Assembly: GCF_006345805.1 (NCBI RefSeq)
Contig: NC_043016.1
Location: forward strand, 7,440,001-7,504,000
Reading direction: 5' to 3'
Length of the DNA stretch: 64,000 bases
From: Octopus sinensis
Lineage: Eukaryota
The notes beneath the pieces are model-generated. The model did no database searches. It saw nothing but the letters and a program-made list of their open reading frames with translations, and was not told where the DNA came from. A program made the position numbers and the translations under genes. Below, piece after piece: positions 25,584 to 38,705 of the stretch (its first letter is position 1; each line of letters opens with the position of its first letter).

Positions 25584-25688
25584 TTTCTTATACGATGCAC
25601 CGTTTCATCTACTGTTTAATGGTAAACTAACCTGATTAAATTAAATCAAGCCAATCTACCATAGGCCCTTAGATTCATCAGTAAGAAA
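25584..25688 (-). ncRNA. Type I hammerhead ribozyme with extended helix II (left arm copy)
   Basis: Exact reverse complement of 25799-25903. Confidence 0.85.
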
Positions 25689-25798
25689 TAGCTGCCGATA
25701 AATTTGGCGCGAGTGCGATGATTTGAAAATTTTAGGTCAGATATTGCCGAGGCAGGGACGGGAATGCCTCGTGAAAAATATCTGTTCCGACTTGGCTA

Positions 25799-25903
25799 TT
25801 TCTTACTGATGAATCTAAGGGCCTATGGTAGATTGGCTTGATTTAATTTAATCAGGTTAGTTTACCATTAAACAGTAGATGAAACGGTGCATCGTATAAG
25901 AAA
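25799..25903 (+). ncRNA. Type I hammerhead ribozyme with extended helix II (right arm copy)
   Basis: TTTCTTA-CTGATGA-ATCTA-[7 nt]-19-bp helix-[7 nt]-TAGAT-GAAA-CG-gtgcat-CG-TA-TAAGAAA. 7-bp stem I; GUA triplet; predicted cut after 25896. Confidence 0.85.
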
Positions 25904-26036
25904 TTACAGGGTAAATGTTTTTTAATTTTCTCCTGGTTTACGGAATTGATGTTATTTTGCGGTTGAAGCTTTTGGCTGTTATTTCTAGTGGGTGAATGGC
26001 CTATTATGGCCGTTCCTTGATTGTGATGTATATATA

Positions 26037-26068
<32 letters not shown>

Positions 26069-26075
26069 GTACTTA

Positions 26076-27336
26076 CAGGGGTTGGACAAAATAATGGAAA
26101 CACCTACCATCTTAGCATCATAATTTTGAAATACCTATAAAACCATCAAAAGCTTGTTTATTTTTGTTTTTTATTTATTATTAGTGTTGCTTAATATGTT
26201 TTGCTAAAATTGTTGTTTCTTTTCAGATATCATCAGAAAAAGGTAATCAAAATTCATTAAAATGACAGATTTGTCGGACTTTCAAAGAGGTCAAATTGTT
26301 GGTGCTCATATGGCAGGCGTTAGCATAACGAAAATAGCTGAAATGTTCGGTGTATTGAGAAGTACTGTCTTGAAAGTAATGACAGCCTTTGAGGAAGAGG
26401 GAAAAAACCCCTAACTGAAACAAAACTCTGGAAGAAAACCAAAACTAGGAACCGTCGGATTCTTACGCGAATTGTTAAGAAGGATCACAAAAGTACAGCT
26501 CCCAAAATTACTGCAGAGCTTAATGACCACCTCGAGAACCCAGTTTCCACAAAAATTGTTCACTGGGAGCTGCAGAAAGCAGGATTTCACTGGAGGGCTG
26601 CAATCAGGAAACCACTAGTTTCAAAAACAAACATTACAAAGCATTTAGAGTGAAGTAAAAACCTACAGAATTGATCCTAGAGCAGTGGAAGAATGTTATT
26701 TTCTTGGATGAGTCATCCTTTACCTTATTTCTGACCACCGGCCGAGTATTCATGTGGAGACAGCCAAAAGAAGCATTTGATGCAGACTACCTTCTTCTAA
26801 CTGTTAAGCATGGAGGAGGATCTGTGATGATCTGATGGAGGGTACTATATCTTGGAAATCTACTGGCCCAATGGTTTCCCTTCTTGGCAGAATCAATAGT
26901 CAAGACTTATTTAAGCATTTTATCTGATCAAATTCATCCTATGGTTGCAGAACTGTTTCTGGAGGGAAATGCAATCTTTCAGGATAATAATGCACAAATT
27001 CACACTGCTAAAGTTGTTACTGAATAGCTTGAGAAACATTCTAGTGAAGTTGAATCTCTTATCTGACCACCAGTCCCCAGATCTCAATATTATTTAACAT
27101 TTATGGTGCATTTTAGAAAATCAAGAGTCGATATCCTCCACCATCATCACTACAAGAAGTGGAGACTGTTTTAGCTGAAGAATGGACAAAAATTCCTTTG
27201 GAAACAATTCAAACTTGGTATGAGTCCAAACCTCATAGAATTCAAGCTGTAATTACTGCCAAAGGCGGTCCTACCCCATGTTAAAATAAATTTGTTGGAA
27301 ATTTTAAAGTGTTTCTATTATTTTGTTAAATCTCTG
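26076..27336 (+). mobile_element. Near full-length Tc1-like transposon, transposase pseudogenised
   Basis: TA-CAGGGGTTGGACAAAATAATGGAAACAC ... GTGTTTCTATTATTTTGTTAAATCTCTG-TA. Fragments MTDLSDFQRGQIVG, VIFLDES, VKHGGGSVM, FQDNNAQIH and SPDLNII. Confidence 0.9.
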
Positions 27337-28664
27337 TATGTAATTATGTGACTGACCAGACTACCAAATGCTGTTACACATTGCTAGTCACAATGCACTT
27401 TAAATCGTTTTAGCTTTTAAATGATTTCAACCTGCTGGCAATGTTACCTCCTGATCAAAAGGGATACAGAAGCAATGTGAAATAAAGAACACAATGTACC
27501 ACCCGGTCTGGGAGTCAAAACGACAATTTAGAGATTGTGAGTGCAACAGCTTAACTTCAAGGCTACATGTCTTGATACACACACACACACACGTGTGTGC
27601 TTTATATTTGTGTATGTTCCCTCTGACCACCAATGTTGGTTTCTTTACATATGTAGAACTGTTTTCAGCAAAAGAGACCAATAGAATAAGTGCCAGAGTT
27701 GGAAAAAAAAAAAAGTACTGGGTTGATTTGTTTCATTAAACACTCCAGCTTGGTCACAGCCCAATGACTGAAATAAATAAAAGACTAAAATATTATTTCT
27801 CACAAAACCCTTAATGACCTCTTGCAGAATCTTCAGGTATCAGAGAATCCAAGTTGGAAACACAGTATAAAATGTTGTTTTGCATATAATTTTATTCAGT
27901 TGGATCACTTCACCAATGCAGATCCTCAAATGGATTCTCAGGATTCTGGATCACATATTATTTAGTAAGTCAGTGTTGATGTAGTTTATTAAATTTTCAT
28001 GCGACATCAGCACACATACTGTTTCCTATCAGGCTATATATTTTATTTACTTTTCACAATGCTCAAGCATTGAATGGTGTCAAAGAAACCTGTAGAAAGG
28101 GTCAACACTCTGGGAGTTCAGTTTCTTGTCATTTACCTTAAGAAATAATTTTTTCTTTTTATATGAAAATGAAGATAAATGCTTTTGTATTGTCTTAATT
28201 AGGTTGTTTGATGATTTTATAATATTGTCAAATAGAAGAAAAAAATTATCAAAGAGTTCACAGTGTTTTGTTAATGGCCTACCAGGAATAACATATTTCT
28301 GTCTTTTTATAATGTTCAAGAAGACCTGGAGAGGATTAACTCGTTTGTTTATCATGTTGATTTTAAGTCGACAGGAATTAAATGGAATTGTTATCCATAA
28401 TTGTTTATTTCAAACCAATCCAAACTGGAGGAGTTGAATTCAGTATGAAAAGATATACAATGTTTCCAATACTTAGAGTAATGAGTCTTACCTACACATA
28501 TACCAATGAACAAGCAAGAGAAGTCACAGGCATAGCTGTGTGGTTAAGAAGTCTGCTATATATCTGAGTGGGTTCAGAGTCAATCTCACTGGGTGACAGC
28601 TACTGTGGCCACTGGGCTGACTAAAGCCCTGCAGGTGTATTTGGTGGATAGAAACTGAAAGAAG

Positions 28665-28884
28665 GCGGTGAGCTGGTAGAAACGTTAGTACGCTGGGTGA
28701 AATGCTTACCAGTATTTCGTCTGTCTTTACGTTCTGAGTTCAAATTCTGCTGAGGTCGACTTTGCTTTTCATCCTTTTGGGGTTGATAAATTAAGTACCA
28801 TTTATGCACTGGAGTCGATGTAATCGACTGAATCCATTTGTCTGTCCCCTCTGTGTTTAACCCCTTGTGAACAGTAAAGAAATA
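28665..28884 (+). mobile_element. SINE nested in a CORE-like SINE (about 28525-28905) with a 15-bp target site duplication
   Basis: AGAAACTGAAAGAAG at 28650-28664 and 28885-28899 flanks the insert. Confidence 0.8.
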
Positions 28885-29617
28885 AGAAACTGAAAGAAGC
28901 CTGTTGTATATGTATGTATTTATGTGTGCCTCATCTTCATGTCACATGACCATTGTAAATGAATTTCACTGTCACACAAAAACCGAGAAAAACCCTTTAT
29001 ATATATATGTGTGTGTGTGTGTGGTAAGAATTTTGTTTCCCAACCACATGGTTCTGGATTCAATCTCACTGCATAGAATCTTGAACAAGTGTCTTCTACT
29101 ATAGCACTGGGCTGATGAAAGCCTTGTGAGTGGATTTGGCAGCTGGAAACTGAAAAAAGCCTGTTGCATATTTATGTGCGTGTGCATGTGTTTGTCTCCA
29201 ATCACTTCTTAACAACTGAGACTGATAGAATAAGTATGGGACTTTAAAAAAATATGTACAGGGGGTTGATTCTTTTGCCTAAAATTCTAAGAAGGTGGCC
29301 CAGCTTGGCCAGAATCTCATGACTGAAACAAGATATATATATATATGTATGTGCCCTGCTTCATTTTGGTAATGAGTGAGGGTCGTAAATGAGTGTTGCC
29401 CTTCATATAAGCAGTGTCATTTTGTTTCCAATCTTCATTGAAAACATGTCCTGCCAACTCCATACAGTAATATTACCTTGGAAACAAATGAAGGCTAGCA
29501 ATAGGAAAGACATCCAACCATAGAAAATCTGCTTCAACAAAGTGGACATTAAAACAATTCTGATGAGAACTGAACCAGTAAAGTTTATGCCCTGGTAGTA
29601 AACATAATAATAATCAT

Positions 29618-30080
29618 CATTAACGCCTGCTTTCCATGCTAGCATGGGCTGGACGATTTTGACTGACGGCTGGCGAACCAGATGGCTGCACCATACACCA
29701 ATCTTGATATGGCAGAGTTTCTACAGCTGGATGCCCTTCCTAACACCAACCACTCCGAGAGTGTAGTGGGTGCTTTTTATGTGCCACCGGCACAGGGGCC
29801 AGTCAGGTGGTACTGGCAACGATCTCGCTCAAATCTTTTTACACATGCCACCGGCACAGGTGCCAGTAAGGCGACGCTGGTAATGATCATGCTTGAATGG
29901 TGCCTTTTCGGAAGCCCGTTTGCCGCTCTGGCAACAATCACGCTTGGATGGTGCTCTTAGCACCCTACAAGCACGGGCACAAGTGCCAGTAAGGTGATGC
30001 TGGTAACTATCACACTTGAATGGTGCCTTTTATGTGCCACTGGCACAGAAACTGGCTAGCTTCTCTGTCACCGATCACAC
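29618..30080 (-). mobile_element. Non-autonomous repeat with (ATG)n tail and internal subrepeats; copies at 55885-56300 (-), 57430-57965 (+), 61763-62235 (-)
   Basis: Shared GGTTGGCATTAGGAAGGGCATCCAGCTGTAGAAACTC...CCATGCTAGCATGGAAAG..GTTAAACGATGATG with variable GTGCCACC/GGCACA subrepeats. Family not assigned. Confidence 0.75.
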
Positions 30081-31600
30081 TCATATGTTTAAGGAAATGA
30101 AAACATCCCCAACAACAAGACTAACAGCAAAATAATATGAGCCAATGAGGGAACCACTATGTCAGTGATTCCTCATTTGGCAAGTGGGTCCATGTACAAA
30201 TATATAAAACACAGGCAGTTTCTGGATCATGAACTAGTTGCAACTGTTAGTTAAATGCATGTAATATATATTTTACTTAAACCAATGACTAGTATTTTAT
30301 TGTCCTTGAAACAGAGAAGGGCTATCTTAAACTGAGATCATGAGTCATAATTTAAAACTGCAAGGTATAACTGTAAGGTTCAACATTTGTTGAGTTAACA
30401 GTGCCTTCAAAAAATTAGAGCTTTTGAGTGAATTACTTTAAATAAAAAGAATCCATGGCAACGAAGATGTATGGAACCACTGTTTTCTATAGTCACAAGA
30501 TCTGCAAAAATTGTAGCCAAATCTCTTTCAAAACGGACCCAAGCAATATGAAAAAAAAAAAAGTAGTCTGGGATATATTATGTCTGAAAAACAAAAATTA
30601 AAAAAAAAAAAAAAGCTGAGAAACCAGAAATTCTTTGATTACACATTTCCACAATTAGGACTGATTTGGGTTTAAGCATCAACAACAAACAATAATTAAA
30701 ATAAAAGAAATAAGAAAAACTTTTGCAAGTGCTCATTTTATTTGCATTTTATTCACACAGAGTTTTCAACAACTAATTTTTGTGTATTTACTACATCCAA
30801 ACCAACAAAGCACTCTGAAGTATAGAAGATTTATACATTTATGAAGGGCAGCTGCATATTTTGTATAGTTTTTAATTCTTTTTTTTTGTTTTTTTTTTTT
30901 GTTTTTCAGGTGGTGGAGATGGGGGATTTCTTTAAAAAAAATATTTCGAAGTCATAGTAGGAAGAAGAAGAAAAAAACAAAAAAAAACAAAACAAATTTG
31001 TCATCAACTGAACTGAAAGTTCAATGAAAAACACTTTAAAAGCAAGAAAACAAAAACAAAACAAAAGTGAATAAACTAAGTTATTAAAGAATATAAATAT
31101 ATATATATACACACACACAAATACATACATAGATATACATATATGTATATACACACACACACATATATATACATACACACAAGTATACATGCATATACAT
31201 ACATACATGCATACACACATGTATATATACATAAACTCACACAGATGCATATATGTACATGTGTGTGTGAACGCATATATACATGTTTACATAAACATGT
31301 GCAAATATATAATATACAGGCAGTGTCTGGGTTATGAACTAGCTGCAACTGTTAGTTGAATGAATATAGTATATATTTTACCTGAATCATTGACTAGTAT
31401 TTCATCATCCTTGAAACAGTGAAGGGCTATCTTAAACCGAGAGCACAAGGCATAATTTAATACTGCAAAGTATAGCTATTTTAATAAGAATATATATGTA
31501 TCTAATATAGACACAGTACTTGAAATTTCAGCAGGATAGGGATTTGTCAATTGAATTAATGCTAATGTCTAGTACACTAAAGATTCAGCTAGCTCACCAC

Positions 31601-31700
31601 NNNNNNNNNNNNNNNNNNNNNNNNNNNNNNNNNNNNNNNNNNNNNNNNNNNNNNNNNNNNNNNNNNNNNNNNNNNNNNNNNNNNNNNNNNNNNNNNNNNN
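31601..31700. other. Assembly gap
   Basis: 100 N. Confidence 1.
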
Positions 31701-32076
31701 ATCACGATGTGCTTTCAAATAATGTAATCTATAATCTTTACTGATAAATAGATATAACTTTCTGCTTGATTATAGAAAAAAGAAATATTATGTGAATAAA
31801 TGACAGAGTGAATAAGTGGAGTGGTAAGGAAATTAGTAAAACAAAAAAGACACAAGAAACGGTAAATTTCTCCCTCCTCTGAATGGCATCTTTTGTTTTA
31901 TCTGGCATCACACATTTTATGAATATAATAGAATGTGTTTGTGTTTAAATCCTAATATATACATATAAATATAAATATATATATATATAATATTATAGGC
32001 ATACCAACACATACACAGTATATAAACACATGCACATATATATATACATACATACATACATACATATCAATGCATC

Positions 32077-32141
<65 letters not shown>

Positions 32142-33319
32142 TGCACACATAGACACATTACATTATATATACATAACATGTTATAAGCACACACAGACAT
32201 ATATATATATATATAATATAATATATATATATATATACATATACACAGATGTACACATTTGTTGCTATATGCATATATACTTATTTCAATTTGTTACAAT
32301 CACTTGGTAAGTTTCCTTTTGTTTTGTTGTTTTGATGCAAAGGAACACACTTAGAATAAACACACACACATATGTGCTATGTATAGATAGATATATAGGT
32401 ATATTTATGCATACTTAAAACAATTATGTTTTTGGGTGACATTTTTTTTTATTAATACTTAAAGAATTTAATAATGATTTTTGGAGTAAATATTGTTATA
32501 GCTGGCTGCGCCCTCCTACAACAGAATCATAAATTATGTTTCGTACCGGTTTTCTGCCAGACAGAAGCAAGCTATATTCTGACCCTGTTATCAAAAAGAT
32601 GGGAATTCACTGTAACCTCAAATCATTTAACCTTTATGCTAAATGGTAAACATCTTCGTTACATTTTGGATGATCAGTGTTATCACCACTACCACCACCA
32701 CCACCATTTTTGTTTTGTATCTAATAAAATATATCTTTTAAAAAAGGCTTCAATAATACACCCTTCTTTTTCTCTATTCTGTATTACCCAGAAGGCTTTG
32801 TTTGAGAAAGAGAACAGAAAATATGTATAAGAAAAAAGAATGAAAAAGATATATTAAAGGTATAGTTTCTTTCTTACAGATGTGAAGAAGCAAAAGAATA
32901 TATATATATATACAAAAATATATGAAGAAAAGTGACAATTATGTCCTTTGCAAGAAGAATAACAACAGCAACAAATACGACAACAGTAATGATACAAAAC
33001 CAGAATGGCTCCATGCATAAATTAAAACTATTTGGATAAATAAAAATCAGTTGAGAAATACCTTTCTTCTTTTATAGTAAAAGCTTACAATTCCTTTCAA
33101 ATAAAAGCCTAATTTCTCAGAATATTTTGTTAATGAAATAAATATGTTATAGATCCTTGTGTACATAGTTCTTCTTTAAAATTTGATAAAATTTATCTAA
33201 TTCAATATTAAATTTTGTCTAACTGAAAACATTCTTATTCCACTGTAGTCTATTATTTCCCTTTTGATTTGATTAAAACTAAGTGCAAGAAGTGCCTTAA
33301 GATCTGCAGTATGTTTGAG

Positions 33320-34812
33320 TACTTGTTTTCACACTATCTAAATATACTTAATTTAATTGTCAAATAGTGCTAGGATTCTGCCTAAAAAAGTCCATCACTC
33401 CAAGAAAATGAGCCGACCACGCATTAACACTGCCAGGACCTCGGACCCTACACTGTGAAAATGCTTTGCTGTTTCTATCAAGGTTGCTCTCAGTAGCTGC
33501 CCAACCTCCTCTGCTGAAGATAGGTGGAATTATATCAGAGAAGCTTTGTATACTACATCAATAGATACTTTCGGCATGAGAGAAAGGCAAAAGCCAGATT
33601 GGTTCAGTGCTGGGTTCTCAGAGCTGGAACCAGTTATCGAAGCAAAGCGTACAGCTCTGATGCAATACAAGAGTGACGCGAAGAACTCAGAAAGGCAAGA
33701 AATAAAACCCAACTGACAGCCAGACGCTGTGCAAATAGGTATTGGCAGGAAATCTGTCAGAGTATTCAGTCAATTGCTGACAGTGGCGACACCAGTGGGA
33801 TGTATGATGGTTTGAAGATGGCCCTCGGTCCATCTGCAACCAAGTCAGCCCCTCTAAAATCAACTACTGGAGATCTCATCAAGGACCAAAGCAAGCAAAT
33901 GGATAGATGGGTGGAGTACTACCAGGATCTCTATTCATGGGAGACCACGGTAGCTGAGGCTGCAATCGAGGGTGTCAAGATCTTGCCAGTCACGTGCGAA
34001 CTTGACAGTCTGCCATCTATAGCAGAGCTCACCAAGGCTATTGGCTCCCTAGCCAGTAACAAAGCTCCAGGAAAAGACGGCATCCCCTCAGAGATCATCA
34101 AAGCCAGCAAAAAAACCGTCCTGCTTCGGCACCTTCATGAGCTTCTGTGTCAGTGCTGGGAAGAGGGTACAGTCCCTCAGGATATGTGGGATGCTATCAT
34201 CATTACGCTTTACAAAAACAAAGGTGACCATGGTGATTGTAACAATTACCGTGGAAAATCTCTCCTAAGCACTGTTGGAAAGACCTTTGCTCATGTTATC
34301 CTGTGCAGGCTACAACTGCTTGCTTCTCGAATTTATCCAGAATCACAGTGTGGCTTTAGAAGAAGCAGATCAACTATTGACATGATATTCTCCAATCGCC
34401 AACTTCAGGAGAAGTCCAGAGAGCAGAAAATGCCATTATATATGGCCTTCATTGATCTGACAAAGGCCTCTGACTTGCTAAGTAGAAAAGGCCTCTTCAT
34501 CCTGCTCCAAAAAATCGGATGTCCACCAAAGCTGCTGAGGATCCTCAAGTCTTTCCATGATGATATGCAATGCACCATACAGCACAATAGTTCAACATCA
34601 GCTGCCTTCCAAATAAAAAATGGAGCAAAGCAAGGTTGTGTCCTTGCTCCTACATTATTTGGCATCTCGCTGCTGCTATCACATGCCTTTGAGACATCAG
34701 ATGATGGAGTGTTTCTGCACAGTGGAAGTGATGGGAAACTGTTCAATCTCTCACATCTGCATGCCAAGACCAAAATCAGAGGCATCCTGATCAAGGAGGT
34801 GCTATTTGCTGA
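33320..34812 (+). mobile_element. RTE/BovB-like LINE fragment (RT domain), truncated at the YADD-equivalent motif
   Basis: ORF 33800-34873: KAPGKDGIP, YKNKGDHGDCNNYRG, PESQCGFR, AFIDLTKA, GAKQGCVLAPTLF and LFAD, then non-element sequence. Confidence 0.92.
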
Positions 34813-37800
34813 TTACATTCTATTGCAGTTTTATCTGAGAAACTTTTTAATAATGGGAAAGTTACCTTACTAAACTCCTCCAAATTCTTGGATATTTTTA
34901 AAGCCTGTTGCTGCATACAAACTGTAAATCTCTTGAGAGATATGTTCATAAACTGCTAGAGAAATCTTTGGATTAAATCAAGAACAATATAACAAAATGA
35001 AAATCAATGCTTTCAAATACTATTTTTAATGAAAACATTATTAAAATAAGTCTTGAGATTTCTGTACAAATTATTCTTTTAATCATCATCACCAAGACCA
35101 TTAATTGATATTTCAAAGTGTGGTGGAGACTAATAAGATAGTAATTACTTTTCTGTGTTTAGTGCTTAGTCTTTTTAGTTCATACTGAATTGGTTCCAAT
35201 CTCATTTATATACTAGAGTCAAATCAGTTGATATAGATCTCATGATATATATATATATATATATATCATTTAATGTCCATATATATACATACTCACACAC
35301 ATACAAATACACACATTATTTATATATATATATATAAGATTTCTTTTAATGTCCATTTATGAAATCCATTCATGAAAGTTTGGTTGCCTAGGACTACAGA
35401 GTGAGACAGTTGCTTCAAAGTGCTGTGCAGTGGAACTGAACCTGAACCACACAGCCATACCTGAACATATATGCAGTAAAACCCGAGAAGATGTAAATGT
35501 TCTAAAAGTAAAATAAATATTATGCCATGAAGAACATAAAAGGACTGTCAGTAAATGCAGCAATCCTTTGATTATTTTGCCAATTCCTCATAATAATTCC
35601 TATAGCCACAAAACTTGAAATATGTTGGGAGGGGGACTAGTCAATTATGCAGACTCTAGTGTTTGACTGGAACTTTTTTTATCGACCCTGATGAAAGGCA
35701 CAGTCAACCTTGATAGTATCTGAACTCAGAATGTAAAACCAGAAAAAAAAAAAAAAGAGGCTGCTAAGCATTTTGTCTGGTGCAGTAATATTTCAGCCAA
35801 TGAAGAGAGAAATATTCAGATTGCAAAAAAAAAAAAAAAAATTAAATACAGAAAAAGAATTTCTTTCATTTAAAATCTATAATGTAATTATAAAACTCAT
35901 TAGTATATAATTATTGTAAGAATTAAACTATTATGTGAATATTTGGAGAAACACATGCAAGAACAGGTACCTACATTAGATTTCTCCTTACTGAGAAATA
36001 ATTTCTAAGATCTATATAAGAACTGAAGAACTGAATTGAAAAAAGAAAAGGCAGACAATATGATAGAAAGAAATGGCAAAATCAAATCAAATATTTATTA
36101 ATTTATATAATTAGATGAAATTCTTTTTTCATCGATTTCTCAAGATTCTACATAGTTTTGAAATAGAGTAAATTAAAGTACGCAATTATTTCCTGGGTTC
36201 AACGTATGTGTGTATATGAATTTATCTATGTGTGCAAGTATGTGTGTGTGTGTGTTTATTGTATGCAGCTGGTATTTTCCTATGTTGTTACTTAAATGTT
36301 CATTTTAACTTATCGCCTGAGGAATTATGCTACATGTGAAACTACATGTAGCAACACAAGGGAAGTGTCAGTTTCATGTTGCAATAAACACTACAATATG
36401 AAAACATCCAAGAGAAGGTCACAGGTAGTGGAGTATTTATCTAGTAAACTTGGGACTGGATCTAACCCAAATTTCTAAATATTTCCAAAGCTTGATAAAA
36501 ACTAAATATAGCAATTATGTATCCAAATGTTTTGATAATTTAAAAAGTATACAAACAAATATACACATACATATAACCGTTAATGAATAAAGACTAATAA
36601 TTTATTTGATATCAACTAAGATATGAACTTTCTATGTCTGCTGCTTACTTCACTGAAATGTTACTCAATAGGGGTAGAACTATTTTTACACAATATTATA
36701 CAGATAGAAGAAAATGTCTGCAATAACTAGTCTTGGATGTACCTTTTCTTTCTAAGTAAATAAAATCGCATTTATTTTATTTTATTCTTTTGTTAATCTT
36801 TTGCAAAGCACATACACATTTCAGTGAACTGAAATTAGAACTGCTTTGAGATTTTATTTAGTGTTTTTGTTGTTAGGAATATACAGTAGGAATTTATCTC
36901 TTGTTTACATTGTTGAGCTTTCTTTAAGCTGTCTAACTTTATGAAGAAGAATTTAAGCTCAAAATGTCAATGACACATCCACTGTCTTAACCTCTCATTG
37001 GGCTCAAACTGATAATTACACTTTGCCTTCTATGTCGTTATTCTCTACATTAATTTTGAACACACACACACACCACAGATATATGTGTGTGTGTGTGTGT
37101 GTGAAGGTGGTGGGTTAATAAATGGCAGTAAACACCGATTCTTTTAATGTTACTTTTAACTTTGATCAGAAGTCAAAAGAAGAGAGAGAGGTGGAAGAGA
37201 GAAACTGGGAAATAGGCAGGAGAGAAAAAATGAGATAGAAGTAGGGGAAAAAGAGAGAGAACAACAAAACTTATGGAATAAATAAAGTCAATCATACATG
37301 AAGCACAAGAAATTTTGAAAAACAGGCAGCAGAAATTCCATGCTATTCCACTGTAATTGTAATCAGTAACATCCTTGTCATGTATGCCATCAACCATAAT
37401 CATCATCAATGACATTGCCTCTAATGCCAGCCACCACCAAATAATCATTAAAGTTAAAAAAAAAAAATATTGAACAGTTAAGGTGTAGGATGGCTGTATG
37501 GTAAAAAGTTTACTTTCCAATCACATGGTTCCGGGTTCAGTCCCACTGTGCGGAACCTTGGGCAAGTGTCTTCTGTTGTAACTCTGGGCTGACAAAAGCC
37601 TTGGGAGTGGATTTGGTAGATGCATTTTCTAAACATGCAAGCTAATTCAAATTGCAGTTGCATCAAACACAATTATTAAACCATCTTCTTGTTTCTACCA
37701 AGTTGACAAATAATGAAATAAATTAATATTTCTGCCATGAAACACTGGGTAGTTGTATTTCACAAGGATTTTTGTGGCTTTTTTACCCACAAGGGGCTAA

Positions 37801-38269
37801 ACATAGAGAAGACAAATAAGGACAGACAAAGGGATTAAGTCGATTACATCGACCCCAGTGCATAACTGGTACTTAATTTATCCATCTCGTAAGGATGAAC
37901 GGCAAAGTCGACCTCGGCAGAAGTTGAACTCAGAATGTAATGGCAGACGAAATACGGCAACGCATTTCGCCCGGCATGCTAACATCTCTGCCAGCTCGCC
38001 GCCTTAATGTGTGTTGAAAATCATACCATGCAGTATGTGTGTGCATCTTTGTTTATGTTCCATCACTGCTTGATGACAGGTGTTGTGTGTTTATGTCCCT
38101 GTAACTTGGTGGTTTGACAAAAGAGACCAAAGGATAAAGTATCTGGCAAAAAAAAAAAGTACTAAAAATTCTTCAAGATAATACCCTAGTTTGGCTGCAG
38201 TCTAATGACAGAAACAAGTAAGAGATAATGTAAAAAGCAGTTCTCAAATAAATGAGAATCAGTAAGTAT

Positions 38270-38705
38270 TTGAAAGTAGTAATGGTGGTGGTAACAGTAG
38301 TAGTAGTAGTAAAGGAGGTGGTGGTGGTGGTGTGTATCATGATGTTGGTTGTAGTACTGTTATTGATATTGGTGGTGGTGGTGTTGGTGGAAATGTTTAT
38401 TAGTGATAGTGCCTCATATATACTAGTAAAGTTCATGATATTAGTGCTTACAGTGATGTTAGTAATGATAGTTATTATAGTATGATGTCATTGGTGGTGG
38501 TGGTGGTGGTGGTGATAGTAGTTTTAGAGTTGTTGGTGGTCGTAAGTGTCAGAGGTAGTAGTGGTTATCATCATAATCAAAGTTATAATTGTAGTGTAGG
38601 TGGTAGTAGTAGTAACAATGACAGATACAGCAGAGCAAGTAGCAATAACAGAAGCAGTGGTCATACAAGTAATAGTTGAAGTAGCAGTAGTACTGGTAGT
38701 AGTAA
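38270..38705. repeat. Degenerate (GTA/GTG)n trinucleotide array
   Basis: Directly visible. A (CAT)/(CTT) array also lies at 23655-23800. Confidence 0.85.

Larger units (their letters stand above)
25460..26029. repeat. Long inverted repeat: arms 25460-25692 and 25795-26029, 102-bp spacer
   Basis: The arms match apart from two single-base indels that I found by eye. Confidence 0.92.

Noticed and set aside
36317-36355. CTGAGGA...GAAA with hairpin TGCTACATGT/ACATGTAGCA
   Set aside because: The hairpin is centred on GAAA and is incompatible with a hammerhead fold; an isolated short palindrome.
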